This document shows, piece after piece, positions 1-10,111 of a stretch of DNA of 64,000 nucleotides. Source of the stretch: Tagaea sp. (GTDB lineage: Bacteria > Pseudomonadota > Alphaproteobacteria > CACIAM-22H2); NCBI GenBank assembly GCA_965279525.1, contig CBDIIB010000003.1, forward strand, positions 256,001-320,000, in the 5' to 3' direction. The notes under the pieces are model-generated. The model was not told the DNA's origin and ran no database searches. It was given only the letters and a program-made list of their open reading frames with translations. Each line of letters starts with the position of its first letter. Positions within the stretch are counted from its first letter, which is position 1. Both the position numbers and the translations under genes were made by a program.

Positions 1-704
1 TGCACGGCATGCGCGAGAACGGCCCTTCGGAATATGGCGGCACCCAGACGCTGACCGAGGTGGCCGAAGCGATCGGCAAGACGCACGGCGTGCGCACGGT
101 GCGCAAGCTTGCCGATCTGACTCAAATGGCCGAGGTCGAGCGCACGGTCGCCGAGGCGACGGCCGAACTCGGTCCCATCGACATCCTCGTCCACAATGCC
201 GGCGGCGACATCGCGGCACGCGGCGGCAAGCCCGACCCCAACGACGTGGTGAACATCTCCGAGGCCGACGTGCGCGCCGTGCTCGACCGCAACCTGCTGA
301 GCACCGTGTTCGTCTGCCAGGTCGTCGCGCGCGGGATGATGGCGCGCCGGCGCGGACGGATCGTCACGCTGGGTTCGGTCGCCGCGTTCAAGGGCCGTAC
401 GAACGGCGCCATCTATGCCACGTCCAAGGCCGGCGCCTTGCAGTTCACGCGCTGCCTTGCCGACCAGCTGCGCCCCTACGACGTGACCGCCAACGTCATC
501 GCACCCGGCGACACGCGCACCGAACGCTTCCTCAACACCCGCGCGGTCGACCCGACGCGTCTTGTCGAAACCGGCACGCTCGACCGGATCGGGACGGTGG
601 ACGAAGTGGCGCGGGTGGTTGAGTTCTTCGCCGGCCCGCTGGGCGCGTTCGTGTCGGGGCAGGTGATCCGCGTCGACGGCGGCGGGCAGACCTGGCCCGG
701 CTGA
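1..704 (+). CDS. SDR family NAD(P)-dependent oxidoreductase (5'-truncated by window edge)
   Basis: HNAG motif, catalytic YATSK (YxxxK), NVIAPG, C-terminal SGQVIRVDGG; frame is open to the window start and the TGxxxGxG motif is missing, so the start lies upstream. Confidence 0.92.
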   Translation, partial: HGMRENGPSEYGGTQTLTEVAEAIGKTHGVRTVRKLADLTQMAEVERTVAEATAELGPIDILVHNAGGDIAARGGKPDPNDVVNISEADVRAVLDRNLLSTVFVCQVVARGMMARRRGRIVTLGSVAAFKGRTNGAIYATSKAGALQFTRCLADQLRPYDVTANVIAPGDTRTERFLNTRAVDPTRLVETGTLDRIGTVDEVARVVEFFAGPLGAFVSGQVIRVDGGGQTWPG

Positions 705-763
705 CGGGCTTCCGGCCGACCCCGCTTCGCGCTATCGTGCCGGAAATATCCCGGGAGAAAGCC

Positions 764-1795
764 ATGCGCGCCGTCGTCATCCACGCCCCGAAGGACCTGC
801 GGATCGACACCCTGGCAGCCGTGCCGCCGGGTGCCGGCGACGTCAAGGTGCGCATCGGGGCGGGCGGCATCTGCGGCTCCGACCTGCACTATTACCATCA
901 CGGCGGTTTCGGCACGGTGCGCATCAAGCAGCCGATGACGCTGGGCCACGAGATTTCGGGCACGATCGACGAGGTCGGCGCGGGGGTGAAGCACCTGCGG
1001 CCGGGCATGCGCGTGGCGGTCAACCCGAGCCGGCCCTGCTACGAATGCAAGTATTGCCATCAGGGCCTGCACAACCACTGCCTCGACATGCGCTTCTTCG
1101 GCAGTGCCATGCGCTTTCCCCACGTGCAGGGCGGATTCAGCGAAAGCGTGACCGTGGACGCAAGTCAGGCGATCCCCATTCCGGACAGCCTGAGCCTTGG
1201 CGAGGCGGCGATGGCCGAGCCGCTGTCGGTGTGCCTGCACGCGGCCAAACAGGCCGGGCCGCTGTTCGGCAAGCGCGTGCTGGTCACCGGCTGCGGACCG
1301 ATCGGAGCGCTTGCTGTCCTCGTCGCACGCACGGCCGGGGCGGCCGAGCTCGTCGCGACCGACGTGGCAAGCCAGCCGCTGGCGACCGCGAAGAAGCTGG
1401 GCGCCACGCGCGCGATCAATCCGGTCACCGAGCCCGATGCGCTCACCCCCTATGCCGCCGACAAGGGCACGTTCGACGTGCTGTTCGAGGCGTCGGGCAA
1501 CGAGGCGGCCCTGCGCGGGGCCATCGATCTCGTCCGGCCGGGCGGAACGATCGTGCAGATCGGCGTGGGCGGCGACATGAAGCTGCCGATGAACGTGATC
1601 GTTGCCAAGGAGATCAACCTTCGCGGCACGTTCCGGTTCCACGCGGAGTTCGAACTTGCCGTCGAGATGATGGGCAACGGGCTGATCGACGTGAAGCCGG
1701 TGATTTCCGATTCGATTCCATTCACCGACGCGATCGCCGCCTTCGAACTGGCGAGCGATCGCAACAAGGCGATGAAGGTCCAGCTCGTTTTCTAG
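764..1795 (+). CDS. idnD: L-idonate 5-dehydrogenase (Zn-dependent MDR)
   Basis: GICGSDLHYYHHG, GHE, structural Zn C-x2-C-x2-C-x7-C, MRFFGSAMRFPHVQGGF typical of IdnD, GCGPIG; GGGAGA RBS before ATG 764. Confidence 0.85.
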   Translation: MRAVVIHAPKDLRIDTLAAVPPGAGDVKVRIGAGGICGSDLHYYHHGGFGTVRIKQPMTLGHEISGTIDEVGAGVKHLRPGMRVAVNPSRPCYECKYCHQGLHNHCLDMRFFGSAMRFPHVQGGFSESVTVDASQAIPIPDSLSLGEAAMAEPLSVCLHAAKQAGPLFGKRVLVTGCGPIGALAVLVARTAGAAELVATDVASQPLATAKKLGATRAINPVTEPDALTPYAADKGTFDVLFEASGNEAALRGAIDLVRPGGTIVQIGVGGDMKLPMNVIVAKEINLRGTFRFHAEFELAVEMMGNGLIDVKPVISDSIPFTDAIAAFELASDRNKAMKVQLVF

Positions 1796-2521
1796 CTAGC
1801 GGCCCAGCGACAGGCGTGCGGCAAGCGCTTCGGGGAGTCCAGCGGCGCGGATCCTGGCGGCCGCGGCCGCGATGTTGTAGCCGACGCGCACGCCACGAAG
1901 CTCCAACGTGTCCGTGTCGTAGAGCGCGTAGGCCGCCGCCGGGTTGCGGTCGCGCGGCTGGCCGACCGAACCGATCACCGCCAGCCACCGCCGGTCGCTC
2001 GAAAGTCTCGCCGGCGTTTCGTCCGCCAACGGTCCGCCGCCGCGCTCGTCGAACAGCATCGGCATATGCACGTGGCCGCAGAACGTGATGCGCTGGCGCG
2101 TGGCGGCGAGGCTCGCCGCTGCCATGACCTCATCCTCGACATAACGCCATCTGGCCGGCGCCGACGCGTCGGCATGGACATAGAGACGGTCTTCTTCCTC
2201 GACGGCCAGCGGAAGGCCGGCGAGGAATGCGCTCGCCGCCGCGTCGAGCCGGCCGCGGGTCCAGTCGATGGCGCGACGCGCAATGTCGTTCATGCCGCCG
2301 CGTTCGGTCCCGATCGCGCGGTCGTGATTGCCGGCGATGGCGACGGCCCCGTCCGCGACATGTTCCATCACGGTCGCGACAACCCATTCGGGATTGGCGC
2401 CATAGCCGACGAAGTCGCCCAGAAAGACATGGCGTTCGACCCCCGCCGCGCGCGCGTGGGCAAGGCATGCCGCAAAGGCCTCGCGATTGGCATGGATGTC
2501 GCTCATCAGCGCGATGCGCAT
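1796..2521 (-). CDS. Metallophosphoesterase (calcineurin-like, YfcE/MJ0936-type)
   Basis: DIHAN, GDFVGYG, GNHD, VHA, GHVH, GSVGQPRD motifs; start taken at MRIALMSD. Confidence 0.9.
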   Translation of the reverse strand: MRIALMSDIHANREAFAACLAHARAAGVERHVFLGDFVGYGANPEWVVATVMEHVADGAVAIAGNHDRAIGTERGGMNDIARRAIDWTRGRLDAAASAFLAGLPLAVEEEDRLYVHADASAPARWRYVEDEVMAAASLAATRQRITFCGHVHMPMLFDERGGGPLADETPARLSSDRRWLAVIGSVGQPRDRNPAAAYALYDTDTLELRGVRVGYNIAAAAARIRAAGLPEALAARLSLGR

Positions 2522-2715
2522 GCCCGGACAGTGCCGGCCGCTGCCGCCGAGCGTCAAGGCGCCGCAATTCCGCCGTGTTCGGGCCCGGTAATGGCCGGTT
2601 ACCGATTGAAACAGAACGATTCTCGGGCCAACTTCGAACTCGCGTACTATCTGTCTGGAAGGCGGCCCGGACGATGCGGACCGCCGGGCCCCGAATCTGG
2701 AGTTTTCTGACGACA

Positions 2716-3939
2716 ATGCGCGCGCGCACATTCTTCATCGGACTGGCTCTCGTGCTGGCGGCCGGCGCCGGTCTGTGGAAGGCAATGGACTATCCGTTGC
2801 CATTCGCGGGCGCTTCGGCGCCGACCGTCGCGGCCGGGCCAGCCGGCGCGCGCCGGCCCGGTGCCGGTGCGCCGGCACCGGTCGTGCGCGTGGCGGCTGC
2901 CCGTGCGGGCGAGCTGCCGATCCTGCTCGACGCGCTCGGCACGGCGCAGGCCTACAACTCGGTCGTGGTTTCCAGCCGCGTCGACGGCCAACTCGTGAAA
3001 CTGAATTTCCGAGAGGGGCAGGACGTCAAGGAAGGCGACCTGCTCGCCCAGGTCGATCCGCGCACCTATCAGGCACAGCTCGACCAGGCGCTTGCCAAGC
3101 GCGCGCAGGACCAGGCACAGCTCGACAACGCCAAGCGCGATCTCGAACGGTACGGCGCACTGGTCAAGCAGAACTACGCGAGCGGCCAGCAGTTCGACAC
3201 CGCGCGCGCCCAGGTGGCGCAGATCGAGGCGACGCTGAAGGCCGACGACGCGGCGATCTCGGCCGCGCGCATCCTGCTCTCCTACACCAACATCGTCGCA
3301 CCCATTTCCGGCCGTCTCGGCTTCCGCCAGGTCGACGCGGGCAACATCGTGCGCGCGAACGACACGACCGGCATCGTCGTCATCACGCAGCTCCAGCCCG
3401 TCAGCGTTGTCTTCACGCTGCCCCAGCAGCGCCTTCCCGACATCGCCGGAAAGATGCGTGCGGGCGAGAAACTCGAAGTGCGCGCCATGCGCGCCGACGG
3501 CACGGCGCTGGATACCGGCACGGTCGAGTTCGTCGACAACCAGGTCGATCCGGCGACCGGCACCATCAAGCTGAAGGCCGTGTTCCCCAACGCGGCGCTG
3601 GAACTGTGGCCGGGCAGCTTCGTCAATATCCGCCTGCGTCTTGGCACGGTACGCGACGCCATCCTGATCCCGTCTTCGGCCGTGCAATACGGGCCGGACG
3701 GGCCGTTCGCGTTCGTGGTCGGCACCGACCTGACCGCGCAGGTACGTCCGATCCGGCCGGTCCAGTCCGAGGGTGACGTGACCGCGATCGCCAGCGGGCT
3801 TCGCGAAGGCGAGCGCGTCGTGCTCGGCGGGCAGGACCGCCTGCGCGCGGGCACGGCCGTGACGGTCGCCGGCGAAAGCGAGCCGGGGGCAGGACGGCCC
3901 GGTGGCGGTGGCGGTGCCGGTCGCCGTCCCACACCATGA
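2716..3939 (+). CDS. mdtA: RND efflux periplasmic adaptor subunit, MdtA/MuxA family
   Basis: N-terminal TM anchor, SRVDGQL, EGQDVKEGDLLAQVDPR, IVAPISGRLG, DNQVDPATGTIKLKA; ATGA overlap with next gene. Confidence 0.9.
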   Translation: MRARTFFIGLALVLAAGAGLWKAMDYPLPFAGASAPTVAAGPAGARRPGAGAPAPVVRVAAARAGELPILLDALGTAQAYNSVVVSSRVDGQLVKLNFREGQDVKEGDLLAQVDPRTYQAQLDQALAKRAQDQAQLDNAKRDLERYGALVKQNYASGQQFDTARAQVAQIEATLKADDAAISAARILLSYTNIVAPISGRLGFRQVDAGNIVRANDTTGIVVITQLQPVSVVFTLPQQRLPDIAGKMRAGEKLEVRAMRADGTALDTGTVEFVDNQVDPATGTIKLKAVFPNAALELWPGSFVNIRLRLGTVRDAILIPSSAVQYGPDGPFAFVVGTDLTAQVRPIRPVQSEGDVTAIASGLREGERVVLGGQDRLRAGTAVTVAGESEPGAGRPGGGGGAGRRPTP

Positions 3940-6900
3940 AGATCAGCGCGCCGTTCATCGCGCGCCCGATCGCGACCACGCTGATCACGCTTGCCGCGGT
4001 GCTGGCGGGAATTCTCGGCTACCGCGTGCTGCCGGTCTCTTCGTTGCCGGAAGTGGATTTCCCGACCATCCAGGTGACGACGCGCCTGCCCGGTGCCGAT
4101 CCCGAGACGATCGCGGCACTGGTGACGGCCCCGCTCGAGCGCCAGCTCGGGCAGATATCGGGCCTGACGACGATGACTTCGACGTCGAGCTACGGGACGA
4201 GCGCCATCGCGTTGCAGTTCCTGCTCGGCCGCAACATCGACGATGCAGCACAAGACGTGCAGGCCGCGATCAACGTCGCCGCCGGCTTCCTGCCGCGCAC
4301 CCTGCCGTATCCGCCGACCTACGCGAAGGTGAACCCGGCCGATCCGCCGATCATCAGCCTAGCCCTCACGTCGGACACGCTGCCGGTCGTGCGCATCAGC
4401 GATGCCGCCGACAGCGTGCTTGCCCAGAAGCTGAGCCAGATCTCGGGCGTGGGCCGGGTCAGCGTGCAGGGCGACCAGAAGCCGGCGGTGCGCATCCAGG
4501 TCGATCCGCAGCGCCTGGCGGCTTATGGCCTCGGGCTCGAAGACGTGCGCGCCGTACTCGTTCGCGCCAACACCAAGCAGTCCAAGGGCAGCTTCGACGG
4601 CCCGGCACAGGCGTTCACGATCACCGCCAACGACCAGATCACCGAGCCCGGCCAGTACCGCGAGGTCATCATCGCCTACCGCAACGGCGCACCCTTGCGC
4701 CTGCGCGACGTGGCGGAGGTCGTCGAAGGGCTCGAGAACAGCAAGGTCATGGCGACGGTCGACGGCAAACCCGCCGTGCTGATCGAGATCCAGCGCCAGC
4801 CCGGCGCCAACGTCGTGGAGACCGCCGACCGCATCAAGCGCGCGATCCCCGACCTCGAGCGCGCGATCCCGCCGGGCATCCGCATCGTCGTCGTCGCCGA
4901 CCGGACCGTGACGATCCGCGCGAGCGTGGCCGACGTGCAGTTCTCGCTGGTGCTGGCGACCGTGCTGGTGGTGCTGGTCATCTACGCGTTCCTGCGCAGC
5001 TGGCGGGCGACGGCGATCCCGGCGGTGGCACTCCCGGTCTCGCTGGTGGCCACGTTCGGCGTGATGAAGCTCTTCGGCTTCGGTCTCGACAACCTCTCGC
5101 TGATGGCGCTTACCGTGGCGACGGGCTTCGTCGTCGACGACGCCATCGTGATGATCGAGAACGTCGTGCGCCATATCGAGAAGGGCGAGAAGCCGCTCGC
5201 CGCGGCGTACAAGGGTGCCGAACAGATCGGCTTCACCATCGTCGGGCTGACCGTGTCGCTGGTCGCGGTCTTCATCCCGCTGCTGTTCATGACCGGCATC
5301 GTGGGCCGGCTGTTCCACGAGTTCGCCGTCACGCTGTCGATCGCGGTGGTCATCTCGGCCTTCGTGTCGCTGACGCTCACACCCATGATGTGCGCGCGCA
5401 TCCTGAAGCCGGTCGAAGCCGAGAAGCCCGGCCCCGTCGCCCGGATGCTCGAAGCGGGCTTCGACGCGACATTGCGTGCCTACATGGCTTCGCTCGACTG
5501 GGTCATGCGCTGGCAGAAGGCGACACTGCTGTTCGCGCTCGGCACGCTGGTGCTGACGGTCGCTCTCTACATGTGGATACCGAAGGGATTCCTGCCGCAG
5601 CAGGACACCGGCGTGATCGTCGCCACGATCGACGCCGAGCAGGACGCGAGCTTTCAGCGCATCGCCGAGGTGCAGCGCCAGGCCGTGGCGATCGCGCGCG
5701 CGGACCGCGACGTGGTGACCGTGACGGGTTTCTCGGGTGCCGGCACGCTTGCGGGTACCGGCAACACCGTGCGCCTGACAATCGTGCTGAAGCCCCGGAG
5801 CGAGCGCGCGGATTCCGCCGCCGTCATCGCGCGCCGTCTCCATGCCGCACTCGCCGTGCTTCCGGCGGAGTCGTTCCTGCAGCCCGTGCAGGACATCCAG
5901 ATCGGGGCGCGCGCCAGCCGCACGCTCTACCAGTACACGCTGACCGGACCCGACGGGGCCGAGCTTGCCGCCTGGGCGCCGCGCCTGGTCGAGATGCTGC
6001 GCGTCGAGCCGGTCTTGCGCGACATCGCGTCGGACCAGCAGACGGGTGCGCGCCAGCTTCGCCTGACAATCGACCGCGATGCCGCCTCGCGCCTCGGCGT
6101 CAGCCTCCAGTCGATCGACGACACGCTCTACGACGCGTTCGGCCAGCGGCAGATATCGACGATCTACGCGCAGACCAACCAGTACCGCGTCGTGATGGAG
6201 CTCACCCCCGACCTGCAGAACGATCCCGCGACGATCGGCACGCTGCGCGTTCCCGGGACCGGCGGCGTGCAGGTGCCGCTCGCCTCGCTCGCCCGGATCG
6301 AGCGGGCACCGGCACCGCTCGCGATCAACCGGCAGGCGCAGTTTCCGGCCGTCACGATCAGCTTCGATCTCGCGCAAGGGGCCAGCCTCGACCAGGCGCT
6401 GGCCGCCATCGTGCGCGCGGAGGGCGAGCTTGGCCTGCCACCCTCGCTTTCCGGCGCTTTCGCGGGCGACGCCGCGGAATTCGAGCGCGCGCTCGGCTCC
6501 CAGCCGTGGCTGATCCTAGCCGCGGTCGTGGTGATCTACATCCTGCTCGGCGTGCTCTACGAAAGCCTGATCCATCCCGCGACGATCCTGTCGACACTGC
6601 CGTCGGCCGGCATCGGCGCGTTGCTGGCCCTGTCGTTCGCCGGCATGGACCTGTCGCTGGTCGGCCTCATCGGGATCGTGCTGCTGATGGGCATCGTCAA
6701 GAAGAACGCGATCATGATGATCGACTTCGCGCTCGATGCCGAACGCAACGAGGGCAAGTCGCCCGAAGTCGCGATCCGCGAGGCGTGCCGCCTGCGCTAC
6801 CGGCCGATCATGATGACGACGATGGCGGCCTTGCTGGGTGCGTTGCCGCTCGCCTTCGAAAGCGGGACGGGTTCTGAGCTGCGCAATCCGCTGGGCATTT

Positions 6901-7022
6901 CCATCGTCGGCGGGCTGATCCTGTCGCAGCTCCTGACGCTCTACACGACGCCGGTCATCTATCTCGCCTTCGAGCGCCTTCGTGCGCGCTTCGCACCCCG
7001 CCAGCCGGCGGCGGCGGAGTAG
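3936..7022 (+). CDS. mdtB: RND efflux permease, MdtB/MuxB family
   Basis: 1028 aa; FIARPIAT, LPEVDFPTIQV, GFVVDDAIVMIEN, GIVKKNAIMMIDF, RPIMMTT. Confidence 0.92.
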   Translation: MKISAPFIARPIATTLITLAAVLAGILGYRVLPVSSLPEVDFPTIQVTTRLPGADPETIAALVTAPLERQLGQISGLTTMTSTSSYGTSAIALQFLLGRNIDDAAQDVQAAINVAAGFLPRTLPYPPTYAKVNPADPPIISLALTSDTLPVVRISDAADSVLAQKLSQISGVGRVSVQGDQKPAVRIQVDPQRLAAYGLGLEDVRAVLVRANTKQSKGSFDGPAQAFTITANDQITEPGQYREVIIAYRNGAPLRLRDVAEVVEGLENSKVMATVDGKPAVLIEIQRQPGANVVETADRIKRAIPDLERAIPPGIRIVVVADRTVTIRASVADVQFSLVLATVLVVLVIYAFLRSWRATAIPAVALPVSLVATFGVMKLFGFGLDNLSLMALTVATGFVVDDAIVMIENVVRHIEKGEKPLAAAYKGAEQIGFTIVGLTVSLVAVFIPLLFMTGIVGRLFHEFAVTLSIAVVISAFVSLTLTPMMCARILKPVEAEKPGPVARMLEAGFDATLRAYMASLDWVMRWQKATLLFALGTLVLTVALYMWIPKGFLPQQDTGVIVATIDAEQDASFQRIAEVQRQAVAIARADRDVVTVTGFSGAGTLAGTGNTVRLTIVLKPRSERADSAAVIARRLHAALAVLPAESFLQPVQDIQIGARASRTLYQYTLTGPDGAELAAWAPRLVEMLRVEPVLRDIASDQQTGARQLRLTIDRDAASRLGVSLQSIDDTLYDAFGQRQISTIYAQTNQYRVVMELTPDLQNDPATIGTLRVPGTGGVQVPLASLARIERAPAPLAINRQAQFPAVTISFDLAQGASLDQALAAIVRAEGELGLPPSLSGAFAGDAAEFERALGSQPWLILAAVVVIYILLGVLYESLIHPATILSTLPSAGIGALLALSFAGMDLSLVGLIGIVLLMGIVKKNAIMMIDFALDAERNEGKSPEVAIREACRLRYRPIMMTTMAALLGALPLAFESGTGSELRNPLGISIVGGLILSQLLTLYTTPVIYLAFERLRARFAPRQPAAAE

Positions 7023-7027
7023 GGGCG

Positions 7028-10000
7028 ATGTCGATCTCCGATCCCTTCATCCGCCGGCCCATCGGCACCAGCCTGCTGGCGCTGGGCGTGTTCCTCGCCG
7101 GAATGGTCGCGTATTTCCACCTGCCGGTCGCGCCCTTGCCCAACACCGACCTGCCGGTCGTATTCGTGCGCGCCAACCAGCCGGGTGCCGATCCCGACAC
7201 GATGGCAAGCACCGTGACCGCCACGCTCGAACGCCATCTCGGCACCATCTCCGGCGTCAACGAGATGACGAGCACGAGCTCACTCGGCAGCGCCACCATC
7301 GTGCTGCAGTTCGATCCCGCACGCCGCCCGGCCGATGCCGCCAAGGACGTGCAGGCCGCGATCAATGCCGCGATCCCGGACCTGCCGGCCGGCATGCCGC
7401 AGCCGCCGACCTATCGCAAAGCGAACCCGAACGCGCGCCCGGTGCTGATCCTGGCGCTGACGTCGCGCACGATGACGACGCAGGCGGTCTTCGATGCCGC
7501 CGACACGATACTGGCCCAGCGCCTCGCGCAGATCGACGGCGTGGCCCAGGCCAATGTGATGGGGGCCGAGAAGCCCGCGATCCGCATCCAGGCCGACATG
7601 CGGCGGGTTTCGGCCATGGGCCTGTCGATGGACGATCTGCGTGCCGCCATCGTGGCGGCCAATGTCGACCAGCCGACCGGCCGGATCGACGGTCCGGAGG
7701 GCAACGTCACGATCTCGGTGACGGACTCGCTGCGCTCGGCGGACGACTACGCCGACATCCGGCTGCGTGCTGCGAACGGGCGCACGATCCGGCTCGGCGA
7801 CGTCGCCAACGTGTTCGCCGGCGTCGAGAACGAGCGGCAGGCCGCCTGGTTCGGCGACCAGCGTGCGGTGCTGATCCAGATCCTGAAGCAGCCGGGCGCC
7901 AACGTCATCGAGACGGTCGATCACATCAAGGAGCTGCTGCCCGAGATGTCGCGCTGGCTGCCGGCGGGCATCGACGTGACGACGATGTACGACCAGACGA
8001 GCACGATCCGCGCCTCGGTGCGCGACGTGCAGGTCACGCTCGGCATCTCGGTCGCTCTCGTGATCGGCATCGTCGGGATCTTCCTGCGCCGGCTTGCCCC
8101 CACGCTCGCAGCGGCCGTCGCGGTGCCGCTGTCGCTCGCAGGCACATTCGCGGCGATGTGGTGGCTCGGATTCAGCCTCAACAACCTTTCGCTGATGGCG
8201 TTGACGATCTCGGTCGGCTTCGTCGTCGACGACGCCATCGTCGTGATCGAGAACATCATGCGCAACCGCGAGCGCGGCATGGGCGCCTTCGAGGCGGCCC
8301 TGACGGGGGCGCGCGAAATCGGGTTCACGGTCGTGTCGATGACGCTGTCGCTCGCGGTCGTGTTCGTGCCGATGTATTTCCTGGGTGGGCTGCAGGGCCG
8401 GTTCCTGCGCGAGTTTTCGCTGGTGCTCACCGCCGCGATCCTCATCTCGGGCGTGGTCTCGCTGACGTTGACGCCGATGATGTGCGCGCGCTTCCCGGGC
8501 CGCGAGCGCCCGCCGTCGCGCTTCGACCGGGCTTTCGACCGCGTGTTCGATCCGGTCGTGAATGCCTATTCGCGCGCACTGGCCGTCACGGTGCGCTGGC
8601 GCTGGACGATGCTGCTGCTCACGTTCGCCACCATCGCCGCGACCGTCATGCTCTATGTCCAGGCGCCCAAGGGCGGATTCGTGCCCCAGCAGGACACCGG
8701 CCTGCTGCGCGCTTTCGCGCGGGCCTCGCCCGACACGTCGTTCCGCGCGATGTCCCAGCGCATGGACGCGGCCGTGCGCATCGTGCGCAGCGATCCGGCG
8801 GTGGCAAGCGTGGGTGGGGTCACCGGCGGTGGCTTTTCCGGTGCCGCGAACACCGGGCAGATGTTCATCGCCCTCAAGCCGCGCGCCGAGCGCGACGCGA
8901 GTGCCGATCAGGTCGTCGCCCGGCTGCGGCCGCGCCTGGCGCGCCTCGAAGACGTGCAGGTCTTCCTGTCGGCCGAACAGGACCTGCAGTTCGGCGGGCG
9001 CGGGGGCAGGGCGCAGTTCTCCGTGGCGCTGCTTGCCGGCAAGCCTGCCGACCTCACCGCGTGGGGGCCGGTTCTCGTGCGGGCCTTGCAGCAGGAACCA
9101 GGCTTTCTCGACGTGTCGAGCGACCTCGAACGTTCGGGTCTCGACGCGCGCGCGACGATCGACCGCGACGCGGCCGCCCGCTTCGGCATCCAGCCGGCCG
9201 AGATCGACGCGGCACTCAACAACGCCTTCGCCCAGCGTCTCGTCTCGACGATCTACCGCGAGCGCAACCAGTACCGCGTCGTGCTCGAAGCGCTGCCCGA
9301 GCAGCAGCGCGGGCCGCAGGACCTGACGCAGATCTACGTGAAGTCGCCAGCCGGCGCACAAGTGCCGCTGTCGGCACTGGCGAAGATGGAAGTCGTGCCG
9401 TCGCCGCTGAGCATCGCGCATGACGGCCAGTTCCCTTCGACGACGGTCAGCTTCAATCTCGCCGAAGGCGGGGCGCTTCTGGATGCCATCGCGCGGGTGC
9501 GTGCGGTTGCTCAGACGCTTGGCATGCCCGGCGACATGCGGGTCGAGGCGACAGGCTTCGCGCGCGTCAGCCAGGCGCAGAACGCGGGCGTGCCGCTGCT
9601 GATCCTTGCCGCCATCGTCGCGATCTATCTGGTGCTCGGCATCCTCTACGAAAGCTGGGCGCAGGCGGTGACGATCCTCTCCACGTTGCCGTCGGCCGGC
9701 GTGGGGGCGCTGCTGGCGAACATGGCGACCGGCACGAACCTCACGCTCATCAGCATCGTCGGCATCATCCTGCTGATGGGCATCGTCAAGAAGAACGCGA
9801 TCATGATGGTCGATTTCGCGCTGGTCGCCGAACGGCGCGACGGCATGGCGCCGACCGAGGCGATCCTGGAAGCCTGCCGCGTGCGCTTCCGGCCGATCCT
9901 GATGACGACGCTGACCGCGATGCTGGGCGCCCTGCCGCTTGCCATCGGCGACGGCATCGGGGCCGAGTTGCGCCGGCCGCTGGGCATCGCCATCGTCGGC

Positions 10001-10111
10001 GGCCTTGCGTTCAGCCAGCTGCTCACGCTCTTCACCACGCCGGTCATCTATCTGATGCTGCGCGGCAAGCCTTCGCCCCGGCGGGAACTGGCTCCGGGGG
10101 CAGCACAATGA
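7028..10111 (+). CDS. mdtC: RND efflux permease, MdtC/MuxC family
   Basis: 1027 aa second RND subunit in tandem; GFVVDDAIVVIEN, GIVKKNAIMMVDF, RPILMTT. Confidence 0.9.
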   Translation: MSISDPFIRRPIGTSLLALGVFLAGMVAYFHLPVAPLPNTDLPVVFVRANQPGADPDTMASTVTATLERHLGTISGVNEMTSTSSLGSATIVLQFDPARRPADAAKDVQAAINAAIPDLPAGMPQPPTYRKANPNARPVLILALTSRTMTTQAVFDAADTILAQRLAQIDGVAQANVMGAEKPAIRIQADMRRVSAMGLSMDDLRAAIVAANVDQPTGRIDGPEGNVTISVTDSLRSADDYADIRLRAANGRTIRLGDVANVFAGVENERQAAWFGDQRAVLIQILKQPGANVIETVDHIKELLPEMSRWLPAGIDVTTMYDQTSTIRASVRDVQVTLGISVALVIGIVGIFLRRLAPTLAAAVAVPLSLAGTFAAMWWLGFSLNNLSLMALTISVGFVVDDAIVVIENIMRNRERGMGAFEAALTGAREIGFTVVSMTLSLAVVFVPMYFLGGLQGRFLREFSLVLTAAILISGVVSLTLTPMMCARFPGRERPPSRFDRAFDRVFDPVVNAYSRALAVTVRWRWTMLLLTFATIAATVMLYVQAPKGGFVPQQDTGLLRAFARASPDTSFRAMSQRMDAAVRIVRSDPAVASVGGVTGGGFSGAANTGQMFIALKPRAERDASADQVVARLRPRLARLEDVQVFLSAEQDLQFGGRGGRAQFSVALLAGKPADLTAWGPVLVRALQQEPGFLDVSSDLERSGLDARATIDRDAAARFGIQPAEIDAALNNAFAQRLVSTIYRERNQYRVVLEALPEQQRGPQDLTQIYVKSPAGAQVPLSALAKMEVVPSPLSIAHDGQFPSTTVSFNLAEGGALLDAIARVRAVAQTLGMPGDMRVEATGFARVSQAQNAGVPLLILAAIVAIYLVLGILYESWAQAVTILSTLPSAGVGALLANMATGTNLTLISIVGIILLMGIVKKNAIMMVDFALVAERRDGMAPTEAILEACRVRFRPILMTTLTAMLGALPLAIGDGIGAELRRPLGIAIVGGLAFSQLLTLFTTPVIYLMLRGKPSPRRELAPGAAQ

